A DNA stretch of 40,748 nt from contig NC_068983.1 in the NCBI RefSeq assembly GCF_001194135.2, positions 129,816,176-129,856,923 on the forward strand, in the 5' to 3' direction. The position numbers were made by a program, and so were the translations under genes. Numbering within the stretch: position 1 is the first letter of the stretch; every line of letters begins with the position of its first letter. The notes below the pieces were generated by a model. The model worked only from the letters and a program-made list of their open reading frames with translations, did not search any database and was not told the origin of the DNA. Source of the DNA: Octopus bimaculoides (Eukaryota). This document shows positions 12,641 through 25,353 of the stretch, piece after piece.

Positions 12641-13272
12641 GTTGTGTCTGGGGAGAGTCATTTTCTTATCGTGCCTTAAAATTTAACACACTCACCGTTA
12701 AAATTTCCATTTATTTCTTATTTTTATTTTCCTAAAATTTTCGATGCGTCTTGCAACCTTTTCAATAGCCTTCACTCTCCAACAAGAACACCACTGGGTT
12801 AACTATGCCTGTTACAAACACTTCAACAACAAACTGAAGTGGATGAAGCAGCAACAACAACGAGCCCAGATTGATAAGAATCAATACAGATACCCAAACA
12901 ATATCGACGGGATTGTCATGTCAGAATGTAAACTACCGGAGGACTTTGACGCCAGGACACCGGAAGACAATACCACCACCATCAACATCAACAACAAAAA
13001 CACTTCTGGAATATATGGTGCAGTACAATTAGATATAGATGAGATGCATGCTTTAAAATTACCACCAAAATTAGAGAGTCAAGACTATTGAAATTTTGCA
13101 AGACGCAACGAAAAAATTTTCGGAAAATAAAAATAAGAAATAAGTGGAAATTTTAACGGTGAGTGTGTTAAATTTTAAGGCACAATAAGAAAATGACTCT
13201 CCCCAGACTCAACGGAATATGCTTCAACACACGAAGTCACATAAAAATCTTGCAAACCAAATCAACAAACGA
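12641..13272 (+). mobile_element. Internally deleted Penelope-like element derivative with inverted terminal (pseudo-LTR-like) arms
   Basis: About 142-bp inverted arms at 12641-12782 and 13071-13213. The internal frame ...NIDGIVMSECKLPE...IDEMHALKLPPK resembles the PLE pre-RT E..L.LGPKF region. The arm encodes an ORF-terminal TIEKVARR.ENFRKIKIRNKWKF*-like tail. (TA)n flanks both sides. The IR is certain; the PLE assignment is inference. Confidence 0.55.
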
Positions 13273-13410
13273 AATATATATATATATATATATATACATA
13301 TATATATAGAGAGAGAGAAATAGATAGATAGACAGACAGATAGATAGATAGATTGAGAGATAGATAAATACATATATATATATATATATGTGTCTGTGTT
13401 TGTGTGTAGG

Positions 13411-13445
<35 letters not shown>

Positions 13446-13448
13446 GTG
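13272..13448. repeat. Compound microsatellite (TA)n/(GA)n/(AGAT)n/(GT)n
   Basis: Directly visible. Confidence 0.95.
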
Positions 13449-13891
13449 TTAAATCTCTGAGCGAGACACAAACAGTAACTGCACGACAACGTGAAGAGTA
13501 TTTGCCACTTAAATGCGGCTAGACTCTAAGGGTGAATGCTACTGTCGCTTTTAGCCCCAAGAGAACATCGCTTCCAGCTGGCTATTGAGACAATTTCTGT
13601 GTCCTGTCGGTATTTGCAAAGGGAAGTCATCCTTCCCATTGTCGATCTGACGTGATGCGCATGGACCCGAGATTCTGGGTATTTACTCTTCGTCAGCGTA
13701 CGACAATCACCGATCTTCGATGCGAAGGTCTTCCAATGCAAATACATATATACCTTTCCCCAGTGACGAAAATTCACTGATCTCCAAAAAGTGTAAACGA
13801 GCAATGTTAAATCTCTAAACGAGATATAAACAGTAACTGCACGACAACGTGAACTATATTTGCCACTTGAATGCAGCTAGACCCTAAGGGT
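13447..13891. mobile_element. 358-bp unit with 87-bp terminal direct repeats (partial tandem, retrozyme or PLE pLTR-like)
   Basis: tgttaaatctct...cagtaactgcacgacaacgtgaa...ctaga.[t/c]ctaagggt occurs at 13447-13533 and 13805-13891. The element starts at a (GT)n tract. Confidence 0.75.
13638..13707 (-). ncRNA. Degenerate hammerhead-like relic
   Basis: Minus strand reads attgtcg-tacg-CTGACGA-agag...-catcAC-GTC-agat-cgacaat. The distal stem I pairs over 7 bp. GAAA is missing and the proximal stem I is mismatched. Confidence 0.3.
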
Positions 13892-13916
13892 CTACTTCTT
13901 CTAACAATGGGGAATA

Positions 13917-14807
13917 CTGGCTGGTGTCAATAATCTCCAGGACTAGTTGTGTAGCGCGTCAACTGTTTGGCAGCACCCGGCTATGTGCGTAGTGAACACT
14001 AGCAGTGACCTTCATGAGACAGAGTGTCGACTGACATTGTTATGTTTGCTTTGCAAGATGTGAAATTTGTGCTTTTGTGATCACCTGTATGCTATAATTG
14101 TGGGTACGTCTTAATGGACAGTAAGTTGGAACACAGAGCCATTATGAAATTTCGCGTGAATCTTGGGGCATCTGCTACAGAGGTATTGAACATGCTTCAG
14201 CAAGTTAACGATGACTATGCAATGATTCGTGCGCAAATGTTTTGAGCAGTATAGGCGTTTCAAAAGTGTAAGAAGGTATCTGGAAAATTGTGAGCGATCT
14301 GGAAGTACAACTGCGAGCGTGTTCATCGGAAAAATGGAGAAAATTCATTATCTTCTGCAGGTGGGTCGTCGGAATATGATCATGCTGATATTGTTGGTTT
14401 GTCGTATATATCCGTCCAGGCAATTTTAACATATGGATTCTTCACGACAAGAAAGGACCCGGGTCAGCAAGGTCTCCTCACTCAAGAATTGTTTCTTCAA
14501 AACAACATGACATTGCTTCCGCACCTGATCAATTCGCCAGATATAGTAGATTTCTATCCATTCCCGAAGCTGAAAATGCAGCTCAAAGGTTGACGATAAC
14601 ATGATAGAATTGCAGAAAGTCCTCGATTTACTTACGGTAAATGACTTCCATGTTCCATGCTGGATAACAAAAGTGTCAGAAACGCTAGGGTATGTCTATT
14701 ACTGCCCCAGGTGACTATTTCGAAGGAGATAATGTTTAAACGTAGGTGGGAAGTGTTATTTTTTTTGTTAAACATAGCTAGCCCGGGAAATATTTGATAT
14801 TACCTTA
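13917..14807 (+). mobile_element. Internally deleted, degenerate mariner transposon
   Basis: MDSKLEHRAIMKFRVNLGASATEVLNMLQQV (mariner HTH), then FEQYRRFKS...ERSG, then LPHLINSPDIVDFYPFPKLKMQLKG (PHPPYSPDLAP.DF.LFPKLK-like), with frameshifts. Degenerate TIR-like ends at about 13917 and 14781-14807. Confidence 0.85.
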
Positions 14808-14874
14808 TACTCATATTTTCATACATAGGCATACAAAAATAAATATATAAGCATTCCCCTAAATTCATGCACAT

Positions 14875-15203
14875 GTTACAGTCGTTAGACTGCGTTCATG
14901 CCTTAGCACCGTCTTGAAGAACTTTCAGTCGACCGAATCGAGGCTAGAATCTATTTATTACGAAAGACTGGTACTTATATTATCGTTCTGCTTTTTGCTA
15001 ACCGGCAGGGTGCGGTGACGTAAGTGTATATGTATACGATGCCCAACTTTCAGTTTCCATCTCACACTACCTTTCACAAGACTTTCTTCGATTCAAGGCT
15101 ATACCAATAACCTTTGCCCAAGTTCTCATGGTGTGGGACCGTAGCTGGAATCATGTGATCGGTTTGGGACATAGACATCTTACCGCAAAGCCATACCTGC
15201 GTC
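14875..15203 (-). mobile_element. Old tRNA-derived SINE (octopus CORE/OR-type), near full length
   Basis: Minus strand has a tRNA-like head (gcaggtatggctttgcggtaag), then a core-like cttgggcaaagg...ggaaactgaaag segment. Its 3' portion resembles the element at 35060-35275. Confidence 0.65.

Positions 15204-15204
<1 letters not shown>

Positions 15205-15250
<46 letters not shown>
15205..15250. repeat. (TAA)n microsatellite
   Basis: Directly visible. Confidence 0.95.
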
Positions 15251-15253
<3 letters not shown>

Positions 15254-16044
15254 TATAAGTGGATGCTTGTGTGTGGGTGAGGCTTCGGGCGTGTAAATTT
15301 AATGTAGAGAAGATCGATCCCGCAATGGAAATAATAAATTTGTGTACATAACAGTTTTCTTACAATTGTTAATTTATTTTTACACGCCGACACCTATTAT
15401 TTCATTCTTGCTATATTGTAAAATACAGAAATATCGTCCTTAACATACATTATAATGACAAAAATTGGGACAATAAAAATTTTAAACCAGTAAGAGTTAA
15501 ATGAGTGGAAAAGAAAAAGCGAGGCCATGGTATCGATAATTGGTTTGACTTAAAATATCTGGGAAATTCAGCAGAAAATAATGTTTATATCCTCTAAATA
15601 ATATCGAACAGTATTGGTTTCATAAAAATTGCAATGCAGGATGTGAGAGAACGAGACTACAAAATAATAGTATAGGTGAATTTACAGAGTCAAACTTACT
15701 GAATATATTACACTTTATTAATAATAACTACATCTGCGACAGGGGAATAGTTCTTTCGTTGACATTGAATTTAATACCTTTACTGTAGTACCAAGATCTT
15801 TTCGAATTTGTCCTTAGTGGTCCGATCTAATTATCCTCAAGCAGAAACTGCTGAGACTGGTCTTGATTCCGACATCCAATGACAACTTTGATCACCTGGT
15901 AAAAACTCTAAACGTCGGGTGTCCAATCCAGTTATACTTGACCCATAAGAATGAGGAGAATAGCAGCAAATAATATGTCACGATAGTGGCTTTGTTCCTC
16001 ATGTTGATTTTAAGATATAATGGCATAACCAATTATGTTGTGCT

Positions 16045-16079
16045 ATTATTATTATTAATATTATTATTATTATTAGTAT

Positions 16080-16143
<64 letters not shown>

Positions 16144-16144
16144 T

Positions 16145-16177
<33 letters not shown>

Positions 16178-16180
16178 GGT

Positions 16181-16233
<53 letters not shown>
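16045..16233. repeat. (TAT)n grading into (TAG)n with GTG interruptions
   Basis: Directly visible. It is the source of the poly-V/T/L ORFs. Confidence 0.95.
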
Positions 16234-16234
<1 letters not shown>

Positions 16235-18282
16235 TCAAGAGGATGGAAAAGAGAGGGGTGGGAGAAAAATGAAGGGCCGACCAACTTCGTAAGGTGACAG
16301 TAGCGTTTTATTCGTTGATGGTTAGTTTGGGGTGAATTCTAAACAGCAGACTGTATAGCAAATTGTTGGTATTGTTCCTGTAAACACGTGTGATATCATT
16401 CTGGTCAACTTATCTTAGCTCTTGCCGGTGCTGCCAACTGCTTTGCTTTAGTAGATGTTGTAATGTGTTGCAATACCGGTTTCATTGTTACCTTTGCTGT
16501 CGGTCAAGCTATCACTGTTATTGGTGGTGGTGTCCTTGTGAAAGATTGTTATTTTTCCTACTCACTGTGAGTATTTGTTCACTTTTGTTTTCTCCCATCC
16601 TGTTTGTTAGTGTTCACTTCTATGGATGACGCTTATGGTGTTGGTGAAAATGACGATTATTCCGCAGAGAATATTATACACTCATAGTGACAGAAACTAT
16701 TCATGTTTCTAAATATGATAAACAGGAAGGCAAAAACCCTGTAAATTGGCCAAATAATTATGCGTTTGCTTTATATTTCCCTTTACCCAGACAAAACATT
16801 TTGGTTCTGGCAAAAAAGAAGAGTACCGCCTACTCGACTGAAAACTGAACACAGAGCATAGTTAGGAAAACTGAATATATATATTTTATGGTAATCACAT
16901 TATGGAAATTGCTTCCTTGAAGCTGTCTATCAGTTACGAAGTAATATGGACAATTTATTACTATTCCGAATAACTTGAAAGCTGAAATATCATAAGACAG
17001 ATTTCTCACTCCAGTCTCCTACTAGACATCGCAAACCAATGCGAACACTAAATTACATCAACACTTTAAATGTAATGTAATATACAAACTAATTAAGGAA
17101 ATGAAATGTACGGCTTACGTTCTTTAAGAGTTCGGAATTTTCACAATACTTTAACATTTTTTAATGATATTTTGTGAATATAATATCTTACATCAAAGTT
17201 ACAACTTGGAACATGGCCCATAGGAAGAGACGAGAATTACACCCGCTCTTTCAGTTACATTTCAGTTTATAAGTATATACACCTGCGCAAATCCTTTTTT
17301 TATGATTTACTGACAAGTACTTAATTTCTTACATAAATACTATAAATAAGAGTACAATTTTACGTGATTGTACTTTGGGTACTTTGTCCAGTTGAATGAC
17401 GTCGTCCCAGTGAACGTCTTTCTCGCTAGAATGCATTTAGAAGAAGCAAGCCACAACTGATAATTCTTTATCTATAATTTACTTTAATTATTTTCTGCCT
17501 GCAAATGCAGCGTACAGAAGTACGCATCGGACATATAGGCTGTCCTTTCATAATTTGAATTGTATTTGACGTAATTAACCATTTGCTCGCACCAAAACAG
17601 CGCCACGTCGTTATGCATCTATATTTGAAATGGAAACTTATGAACTAAAATGCGAATTCCACATCTGATGGTAAAGGATACTCTTAGAAAGAGAAATTAC
17701 TTTTGTGCTGCAGAGAGTTTACATAATACCCGTTTTAGGTATTCCGTTCTCCGCCGTAATACAAATATAATAGCATTACCTTGTTACATCATTACGTGTT
17801 TAAATAATGAAAATAGTTTTTCGTAATTTTTACCTGGATAATGATTCTCTTTCAGTTAATCTAATAGCATTTATTAACTGTTCACCAGTTGTGTAATTTG
17901 TTTTAAATTACTAGAAAAACATGACTGCTTCAGTTTAATCAACACTTATTTTTCTCATAAGTTTCATATTTTCGAAAACAGTAATCATTTTGCTTTCTAT
18001 TTTTAAGAATTGTGTGTTTACTTAAATTTAATAAAACTTCTAATTTTGCGTCTAACGGAACAATATCTCTGTCCCTCTGTGTTTACACATATCTTTTAGC
18101 TGAGTTTAGCACTTTCGTTCAGTTAAGTGTTCTCTAACTTACGGCGTGTATAGGCTAAATTAAACCGGTTTTAAAATCTCACTCATTATGAACAAGATGT
18201 TTTCCTTTATTCGTTCTAGTATATACGTAGTATATATCTAGTAGTAATATACATATGTATAACTACATAGACAATATACTTA

Positions 18283-18283
<1 letters not shown>

Positions 18284-18352
<69 letters not shown>

Positions 18353-18370
18353 CGTAGTAGTAGTAGTAGT
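18284..18370. repeat. (TAG)n microsatellite
   Basis: Directly visible. Confidence 0.95.
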
Positions 18371-19329
18371 TCTGTATTTGTGACAGGTATTAGAATATGC
18401 GTGATATGTCGTTTGTTATCCCATAGATTTTGTTCTATATCTGAATCGGGGCAGGACTGGGGTCAAAAACTGTCCGTCCAAGGTCAATCCATGGCTTTTG
18501 TAGTTTTCCTTTTATCTGTATTGTTTCAATTGTCCGCCCTATTAACAATGCAATACATTACAATTCCGGACGACTACCTTACTACTTCTACCATTACAAG
18601 GGGCGACTTAAAGTCTGATATATTAGTTGTCGCAAGGTTATAAAGAAATCAATATAAAGATTAGAGAAGATATTTGTGAGAATTGTATTGTTGTTACAGT
18701 GGATGCTGTTGACATTTCTGATATTACCAACGGTGTTTGATGATTAATGCTCTAATGATAATGATACTGGTGCTTATAAAAAAAAACAATTGATCATGAT
18801 GATTGTAAGCATGTTTTAGCATCATGTTATTGGCTAATGTTTGGAATCGTAATGAGTATATCTGTTATTCTTGAAAACATTTAACTGAGATAAAAATGCT
18901 GTTTATTTTCATTTTGCTTTTCAACCTCTACTACATAATGAGCTGTCTCTAGTGCAGGATATTGTTTCTAGAAAACATTACCTCGATTATATTTATAAAA
19001 CAATGATTACGTTGAATCGATACGACTAATAAAAGAAATTAATTAGCCGACTTTTCTAAGTCAATTTAAGATATTAAGCCTAATTTACTAATTGTTTCGA
19101 TGAAGAAATTTGAAACTGTATTTGGCAATCGGTGAAAGTTAAAGGGGATATAAAAGAAAGTAAAGTCAAATTCAGACGGGTACTCAACTATATTTACATA
19201 TATAAAATCATGAATATAGTCATAATGCGTTATTGGCAAAATTTGTCTGCCACTATTTATATTACATTTTACACACACACACACACACACACTTATATGT
19301 GTGTATATGTTTGTGTGTGTTTGTTTGTG

Positions 19330-19367
<38 letters not shown>

Positions 19368-19737
19368 NNNNNNNNNNNNNNNNNNNNNNNNNNNNNNNNN
19401 NNNNNNNNNNNNNNNNNNNNNNNNNNNNNNNNNNNNNNNNNNNNNNNNNNNNNNNNNNNNNNNNNNNNNNNNNNNNNNNNNNNNNNNNNNNNNNNNNNNN
19501 NNNNNNNNNNNNNNNNNNNNNNNNNNNNNNNNNNNNNNNNNNNNNNNNNNNNNNNNNNNNNNNNNNNNNNNNNNNNNNNNNNNNNNNNNNNNNNNNNNNN
19601 NNNNNNNNNNNNNNNNNNNNNNNNNNNNNNNNNNNNNNNNNNNNNNNNNNNNNNNNNNNNNNNNNNNNNNNNNNNNNNNNNNNNNNNNNNNNNNNNNNNN
19701 NNNNNNNNNNNNNNNNNNNNNNNNNNNNNNNNNNNNN

Positions 19738-19808
<71 letters not shown>
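19738..19808. repeat. (AGAT)n microsatellite
   Basis: Directly visible next to a gap. Confidence 0.95.
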
Positions 19809-20125
19809 GTGAGGCATAGATAAATGCTGCAGTAGATCGATCGTATGAAATAAATGTGTATATATTTCATATGTCCATCAAAATATATAAATATATGCGA
19901 TCACACACACGCACGAAAACACACGCGAGTACACACATTCACAGATATGTACTAATGCTTGGTATTTTTGTATAATTTTTAAAAAAATGAATTTTAAATC
20001 AAACCTGAATAATTGCTCAACAGGTGTTATAGAGTAAATTTGATATCGTGTTTCAGCCTTGCAGTCTTGAGAGTCGAATGTTCATAATCACTTTAATCCC
20101 TTTGTTTGTGAAAGTAATTAGTATA

Positions 20126-20192
<67 letters not shown>

Positions 20193-20195
20193 TCA

Positions 20196-20234
<39 letters not shown>

Positions 20235-20469
20235 CCGCAACACGCGCTCATGCACACGTACAATAAGTTTCTGGAGCAAAATGCCTACAGTCGAAATCTC
20301 TCTAATTTCGACAATCACCTCTTATGAAGATAAGTGAAAGACGGAATGAATAATTTAAAATCGTTTTCACTCCACCATTATGACATATGCAAGTAAGTAA
20401 ACTAGAGTTATTTGCCACCACAGAGGTAAAAGGCAGATTGTAACAATTGGTTATATCGACGTCAAAGAG

Positions 20470-21580
20470 GAAAATGTGATACTGGTCAGATATGCGTTAA
20501 ATGCGAATTCAGCTGCTGTTCCTGGTAGATTACCAGCAATCCTTCTAAAATCACTTAAACGATCTCTGGTAAAACCATTGTAGCTTCTTTTTCAGAGATT
20601 CCTTGCAAGTGACGATCTGCCAGGTAAATTTACTGGGTACAATGGACTCAGCGCATTATAGAGGGAGCAGAGCACATGTTAAACATTATTAACATATCTC
20701 TCTGACCTGACACATCAACAGCATTTGTGCACGTACAGTTCGTATGAAATTAATCGCGCACGTTGTATACAATGCCTTGCTGGCTGCTACCCAGCATTGT
20801 TTTTTATCTGGTAGAAGATGTCTGAAGCATCTCTTAGAACACTACTAAAGGCTGTTAAAGCAGTTGCTCGACACCTCCATTGTGAGCCTGTAATATCTCG
20901 ATTGTGGAAGAAAACTTCCAAGAATTGGACGATAGTATCAAATGTTACAGGTTGCACGAACTCTGCATACTGAAAAAGCTTGGAGAGAAGCTACATGACT
21001 TTCTAAATGATATACATCAGGTAATAGAATCAAAGAGGGCAACCTCTATGGAAAGGCATGTAATGAGGAGTGTTCCAGAAGTCACTGTCTTGAGCGACTG
21101 ATATTCATTGTGACGTTCTCAAACATGCCCTCAGTTGCTCGGATGATCACCATACTTAGATATGCAAAAGTCACTCAGAGCACAAAGAACCCTGGTGACG
21201 TTACTCACCTGTAAGAGGAGTTGGACGAAATATACGAGTGGGTTGGTTATAATAACAAGCAATTTGAAGCTGTGAAATTCCAAACCTTACGCTACCAGAA
21301 GAGGGATCTTAGAGAAATAAGGCAGGATAAATTGTCCATTAATTGATAGTAATCCCCAAATGAAAATCAATGGGTGACCTGGTCATTGGTATGAGTAATG
21401 TTGATTATTGTTGTAGGTGCATATTAATGACTTGGCAACAAAATGCAGGCAGTTGGCCAGATTTATCCTTAGAACTGTCAGAACTAGAGAACGAGAGAAG
21501 ACGAAACCACGATCGTCGTCTGGAGGACGTTTGTCCTCAGCATTTTAGATTACTGTTCGCAACTATAGTCACCATTGTGA
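20470..21580 (+). mobile_element. Heavily decayed CR1-superfamily LINE reverse transcriptase fragment
   Basis: VPGRLPAILLKSLKRSLVKPL, QHCFLSGRRCLKHLLEHY, KLGEKLHDFL...SVPEVTVL, LDEIYEWVGYNNKQF, TKCRQLARFILRTVRTR and RTFVLSILDYCSQL. These are collinear with the copy at 36655-37560. Many stops and frameshifts. Confidence 0.85.
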
Positions 21581-22645
21581 TCAGTAATTTGACTCAGGTA
21601 ATTTCACTCCCAGTATTTTGACTCAAGCAATATGACCCCCGCTCATTTGACTGTCAATTTAAGTCCTGGTAATTTCTCTCCCAATATTAGAAAAAATATA
21701 TAGCATGCATGCGGCTCATCCATCTATCTTGATATAACTTAAATTGCAAGTTACTTATAAGAGTTAGGCAATTTGAAAATAACAGGTCAGTTTTGTTTTC
21801 CATACATACACAACTAAATAATTCACACTCAAGTCTCCACATTAAGGAGTGACGAGCTAGACAAAATGTTAGTCAGGTTAGATGATGCACGAAATTCTTC
21901 TTTGTTAAGAGATCATGGTCAAATGAAGCCTTTGATCACAGCAAGTATTTTACATTCACGCAGTAATCCGACATAATCCAGTGCTCTATCCATTGGGTAC
22001 AATATGGTTTGTCTTGCAATAGAAAAGATTGAATTGGATTCGTTCTATTGGTTGTGAAATCTCCCAGAAACGACGGGCTCTTTAGTTAGTAAATATATAT
22101 ATANNNNNNNNNNNNNNNNNNNNNNNNNNNNNNNNNNNNNNNNNNNNNNNNNNNNNNNNNNNNNNNNNNNNNNNNNNNNNNNNNNNNNNNNNNNNNNNNN
22201 NNNNNNNNNNNNNNNNNNNNNNNNNNTATACACATCTACGTTTCAAATGGAATGGCAGTCTTTTAAAAAGTATAATCTAAATATAAGATATTGCCATTAT
22301 CGAGCCCAGGGGAAGAAGTTCCTAATGAGATGCACATGAAATATAGTGATGTGACTGATGTGATACACTGCAATGCAATAACATTTTTTTTTTAGAATTA
22401 AGAGAAAAAATACTTTTTTGCAATTAGCCAACGCTCGAATTAATAATTTATTGCCTGGTAACAGCTTGAATGAACTGTTAAATTTATTGAAACGCACAGA
22501 AATTTACACAGACCGACTCGCAACTGAGACGCGCACACACACACACACACTTAGGAGACTACTGATAATTGTAATATATTATAAACATTAAGCATTTTCA
22601 TATATGCCGATATATTTTTATAGTTTCATATTAGCAGTCTTAATA

Positions 22646-22845
22646 GCGGCGATCTGACAGAACCGAGAAGCATACTTAGCTGCATTTCGTCCTTCTTTAC
22701 GTCCTGAATTCAATTCCGCGTATGTAAAAATTGCCTTTCATCCTTTCGGGGTGGATAAAATAAGTACCAGCTGAGTTTTGCGGTCCATGTATCAACGTTT
22801 AGCTGCCCCGAAATCAGTGGCCTAATGTCAAAATGTGAAAAAAAG
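22646..22845 (+). mobile_element. tRNA-derived SINE (second octopus family)
   Basis: gcggcgatctgacagaaccg (A-box-like), ctgaattcaattccgc (B-box-like), then gcctttcatcctttcggggtggataaaataagtaccag body. Family recognition is from memory. Confidence 0.7.
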
Positions 22846-23264
22846 TATATTTCCAGCAGTTTGGCTGGGATTATATTAAGTTAGCATTTTGTAGGAGATT
22901 CATATTGACACATTAATACCCACATTTGGACACAAAATATAGAAATATACGCATACGTTTGTTCATGAGCAAAAATATGGATATATAAACGAATGCAACC
23001 TGCGAAAATCATGTCTGCCAAATTCTATGAATCAAGGTCTGTTTTTATACTCCTTGTCTGCCAGAAGCAGCATTGAAAGCTGCATTAAATCACAAGCACA
23101 CTTATTGTGTTTCAGGAATATAGATGAGATAATATAATCCAAAATAAATGCAAAGTGTGGGATATTCATAAGCTGAATGACTTTTATCATACTCTGCCAT
23201 ATATCTGCACAAGCATCTAATACCCTCCATGTCGTTCTTTCTCTGAATTCCCCAGACTATATAC

Positions 23265-23272
23265 CTGTGTGT

Positions 23273-23304
<32 letters not shown>

Positions 23305-23489
23305 CTCTCTCTTTCACTCTCTCTCACTCACTACCAATATGTGTATATGTCTATTTGTATGAATGTAGACTTGAATTTGTGTATCTATGGTTGTGTTAGT
23401 ATGTGCATGTCTGTATGTTTGCATGTGTGCACTTTGCGTTCCTGCAGAGATCGAGTTAGAAAAAGAAAAAAAAGAGAGAGATAAAAGAT

Positions 23490-23550
<61 letters not shown>
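23265..23550. repeat. (GT)n/(CT)n and (AG)n microsatellite cluster
   Basis: Directly visible. Confidence 0.9.
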
Positions 23551-23553
<3 letters not shown>

Positions 23554-24649
23554 AAAGGGCCAGATAAACGTTGGGCTAAACTTGACAATCCTAATTTGAG
23601 ATTTTAATATCTTAAAGGACTGAAAGTAGATCATCTTAACGTTCCTCTTTGGAAGGAAATATAGACTTCAAACCTACAGATATATTCATGTGGAACATTA
23701 TGTTTTTACTTCGATTCATGAAGTAGGAAATATGTCAAAAGTAAAACCTCACTGAAATTTGTCTTAAACGTTGATGAAAAGCCCAAGTTCAACAACAATC
23801 ACCACACTCAATTTAAGGAAGAACATGTTTTTTACGTGCACCGTGTAGTAGGAGGTTCAATCAAACACCAAGTTACAAAACAAGGCTAAAAATATCGATT
23901 TTTGATACCAGGCATGGTATAATTGTGAAAAGAGTGGAATGACGGACTATGAGGGAATTATCATATTTGAATTGCATTGTATCTGTGAATCTAGGTTGAG
24001 GGTTAATTCCTGATCTCTTCAATTATGGTATGCTTCACAACATTGTCCTGCACCGCTAGACAATATTGAATATGGATATATTCCCGAAGAAAGCTACGTG
24101 TTTTGTAACAGGGTAACAAATGCCAATGGTCACTATAAGTTAATTATCTCAGCTCATTTTCGTTGAAATAACGCAATTACCCAAAACTATAATGGTGCGC
24201 GTCTAAGAATCTTGTCTGGAGGAATCGAGTTTCAACAAACACTGTGCAGATGGCACATACTTAGGCGTAAACAGTTGTGTATACATGTCACGAAATGTGT
24301 GCGAATCTCAACATATTCATAATTACTGTTGTATTAAATTATATCATGAAATGAAGTATTTCAGAAGGAAATAATAAAGCTTAAATTTAGACATTCAAAA
24401 AATAACAACGTTAGGGATTTAAAAGCAGAACGGAAAAATTGATAAATAATTCTCTGTGAGTATGGAATAAGCGAATGCATTAAAGCAATTTCTCAAATAT
24501 ATGATAGCCATGTGGATATTTACACAAAACACATTCACACACACACGTACGTGTGTCTGTGTGCGCGCATGTGTGTATATGGAAACGAATGTCACTAAAA
24601 ATAAATATTATAAATAGTATATAAATATATAATGCATATTATATACATG

Positions 24650-24689
<40 letters not shown>

Positions 24690-25264
24690 CACTGTGTCTG
24701 TAAACCTATTCACATATCTCGTTATTGTAAAATCCTTATTTAAGTTCTTTATTATTTATCCACCTCGTTGCCCCCATAGAAACATTAAGCCACCAATTAC
24801 TATTCTAAGTTTAGTCATTTACTCAACGTCCCGGATTGACACATCAGCAAAATGGTATGATTTAAATATATTCAGCATTTCATCTTCTTCTCAAAGCTCT
24901 TCTACAGTTATTTGCTTTTATGTATTTTGTTCACTATAATGAAGCTCCATCTTTCAGATCGGATGTATTACCAAATATAAGGAATTTTCAAAGGCGGTAC
25001 CATATAACATTGGAAGCAGAAACAGCTTTCAGATGTCATACGGTCTATTTCTATTTAATTAAAAAGTAATGGAAGTTAGTAAATTGTTAATATTACTCCA
25101 TCTTCTGTTTATTTTTAATATATATATATCTATACCAAAATTAGGCAAAAATATTGTATCTGTTAACAAACGTAGCAAAATACGCAAAAGTGAGTGTCTG
25201 TATTTATATCGATTTAAATGAGAGTTCAAAACTAATCCGTTGAAAATACTTTAGTGTAATAATG

Positions 25265-25353
25265 ATAATGACCAGTGATCATTTCGATGCAATATCCAGA
25301 TTGATTTATGCATATTATAAAATATGGGATACTGCATATCCTCAGGGCCTTAT
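25265..25353 (-). ncRNA. Type I hammerhead motif with decayed cleavage site
   Basis: Minus strand reads ataa-ggcc-CTGAGGA-tatgcagtatcc...ggatattgcatc-GAAA-tgatca-CT-ggtc-a-ttat. An 11-bp stem II is directly bracketed by both core boxes. The stem III palindrome is TGATCA. The UH position reads CT. Confidence 0.55.

Noticed and set aside
16420-16570. Open frame with ag/gtgagt boundaries (ALAGAANCFALVDVV...)
   Set aside because: Its composition is that of a decayed GTT/GCT/GGT trinucleotide repeat.
17380-17435. Minus-strand EKDVHWDDVIQLDK, reminiscent of the start of an AAA-ATPase domain
   Set aside because: All three frames are open, there is no good donor and no other AAA exons are seen.
21520-21545. 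Hairpin with minus-strand CTGAGGA
   Set aside because: It lies within CR1 coding sequence and has no GAAA partner.
23640-24300. Higher-complexity stretch with short frames (for example CPAPLDNIEYG, Sushi-like)
   Set aside because: The domain cannot be completed and there are no consistent splice sites.
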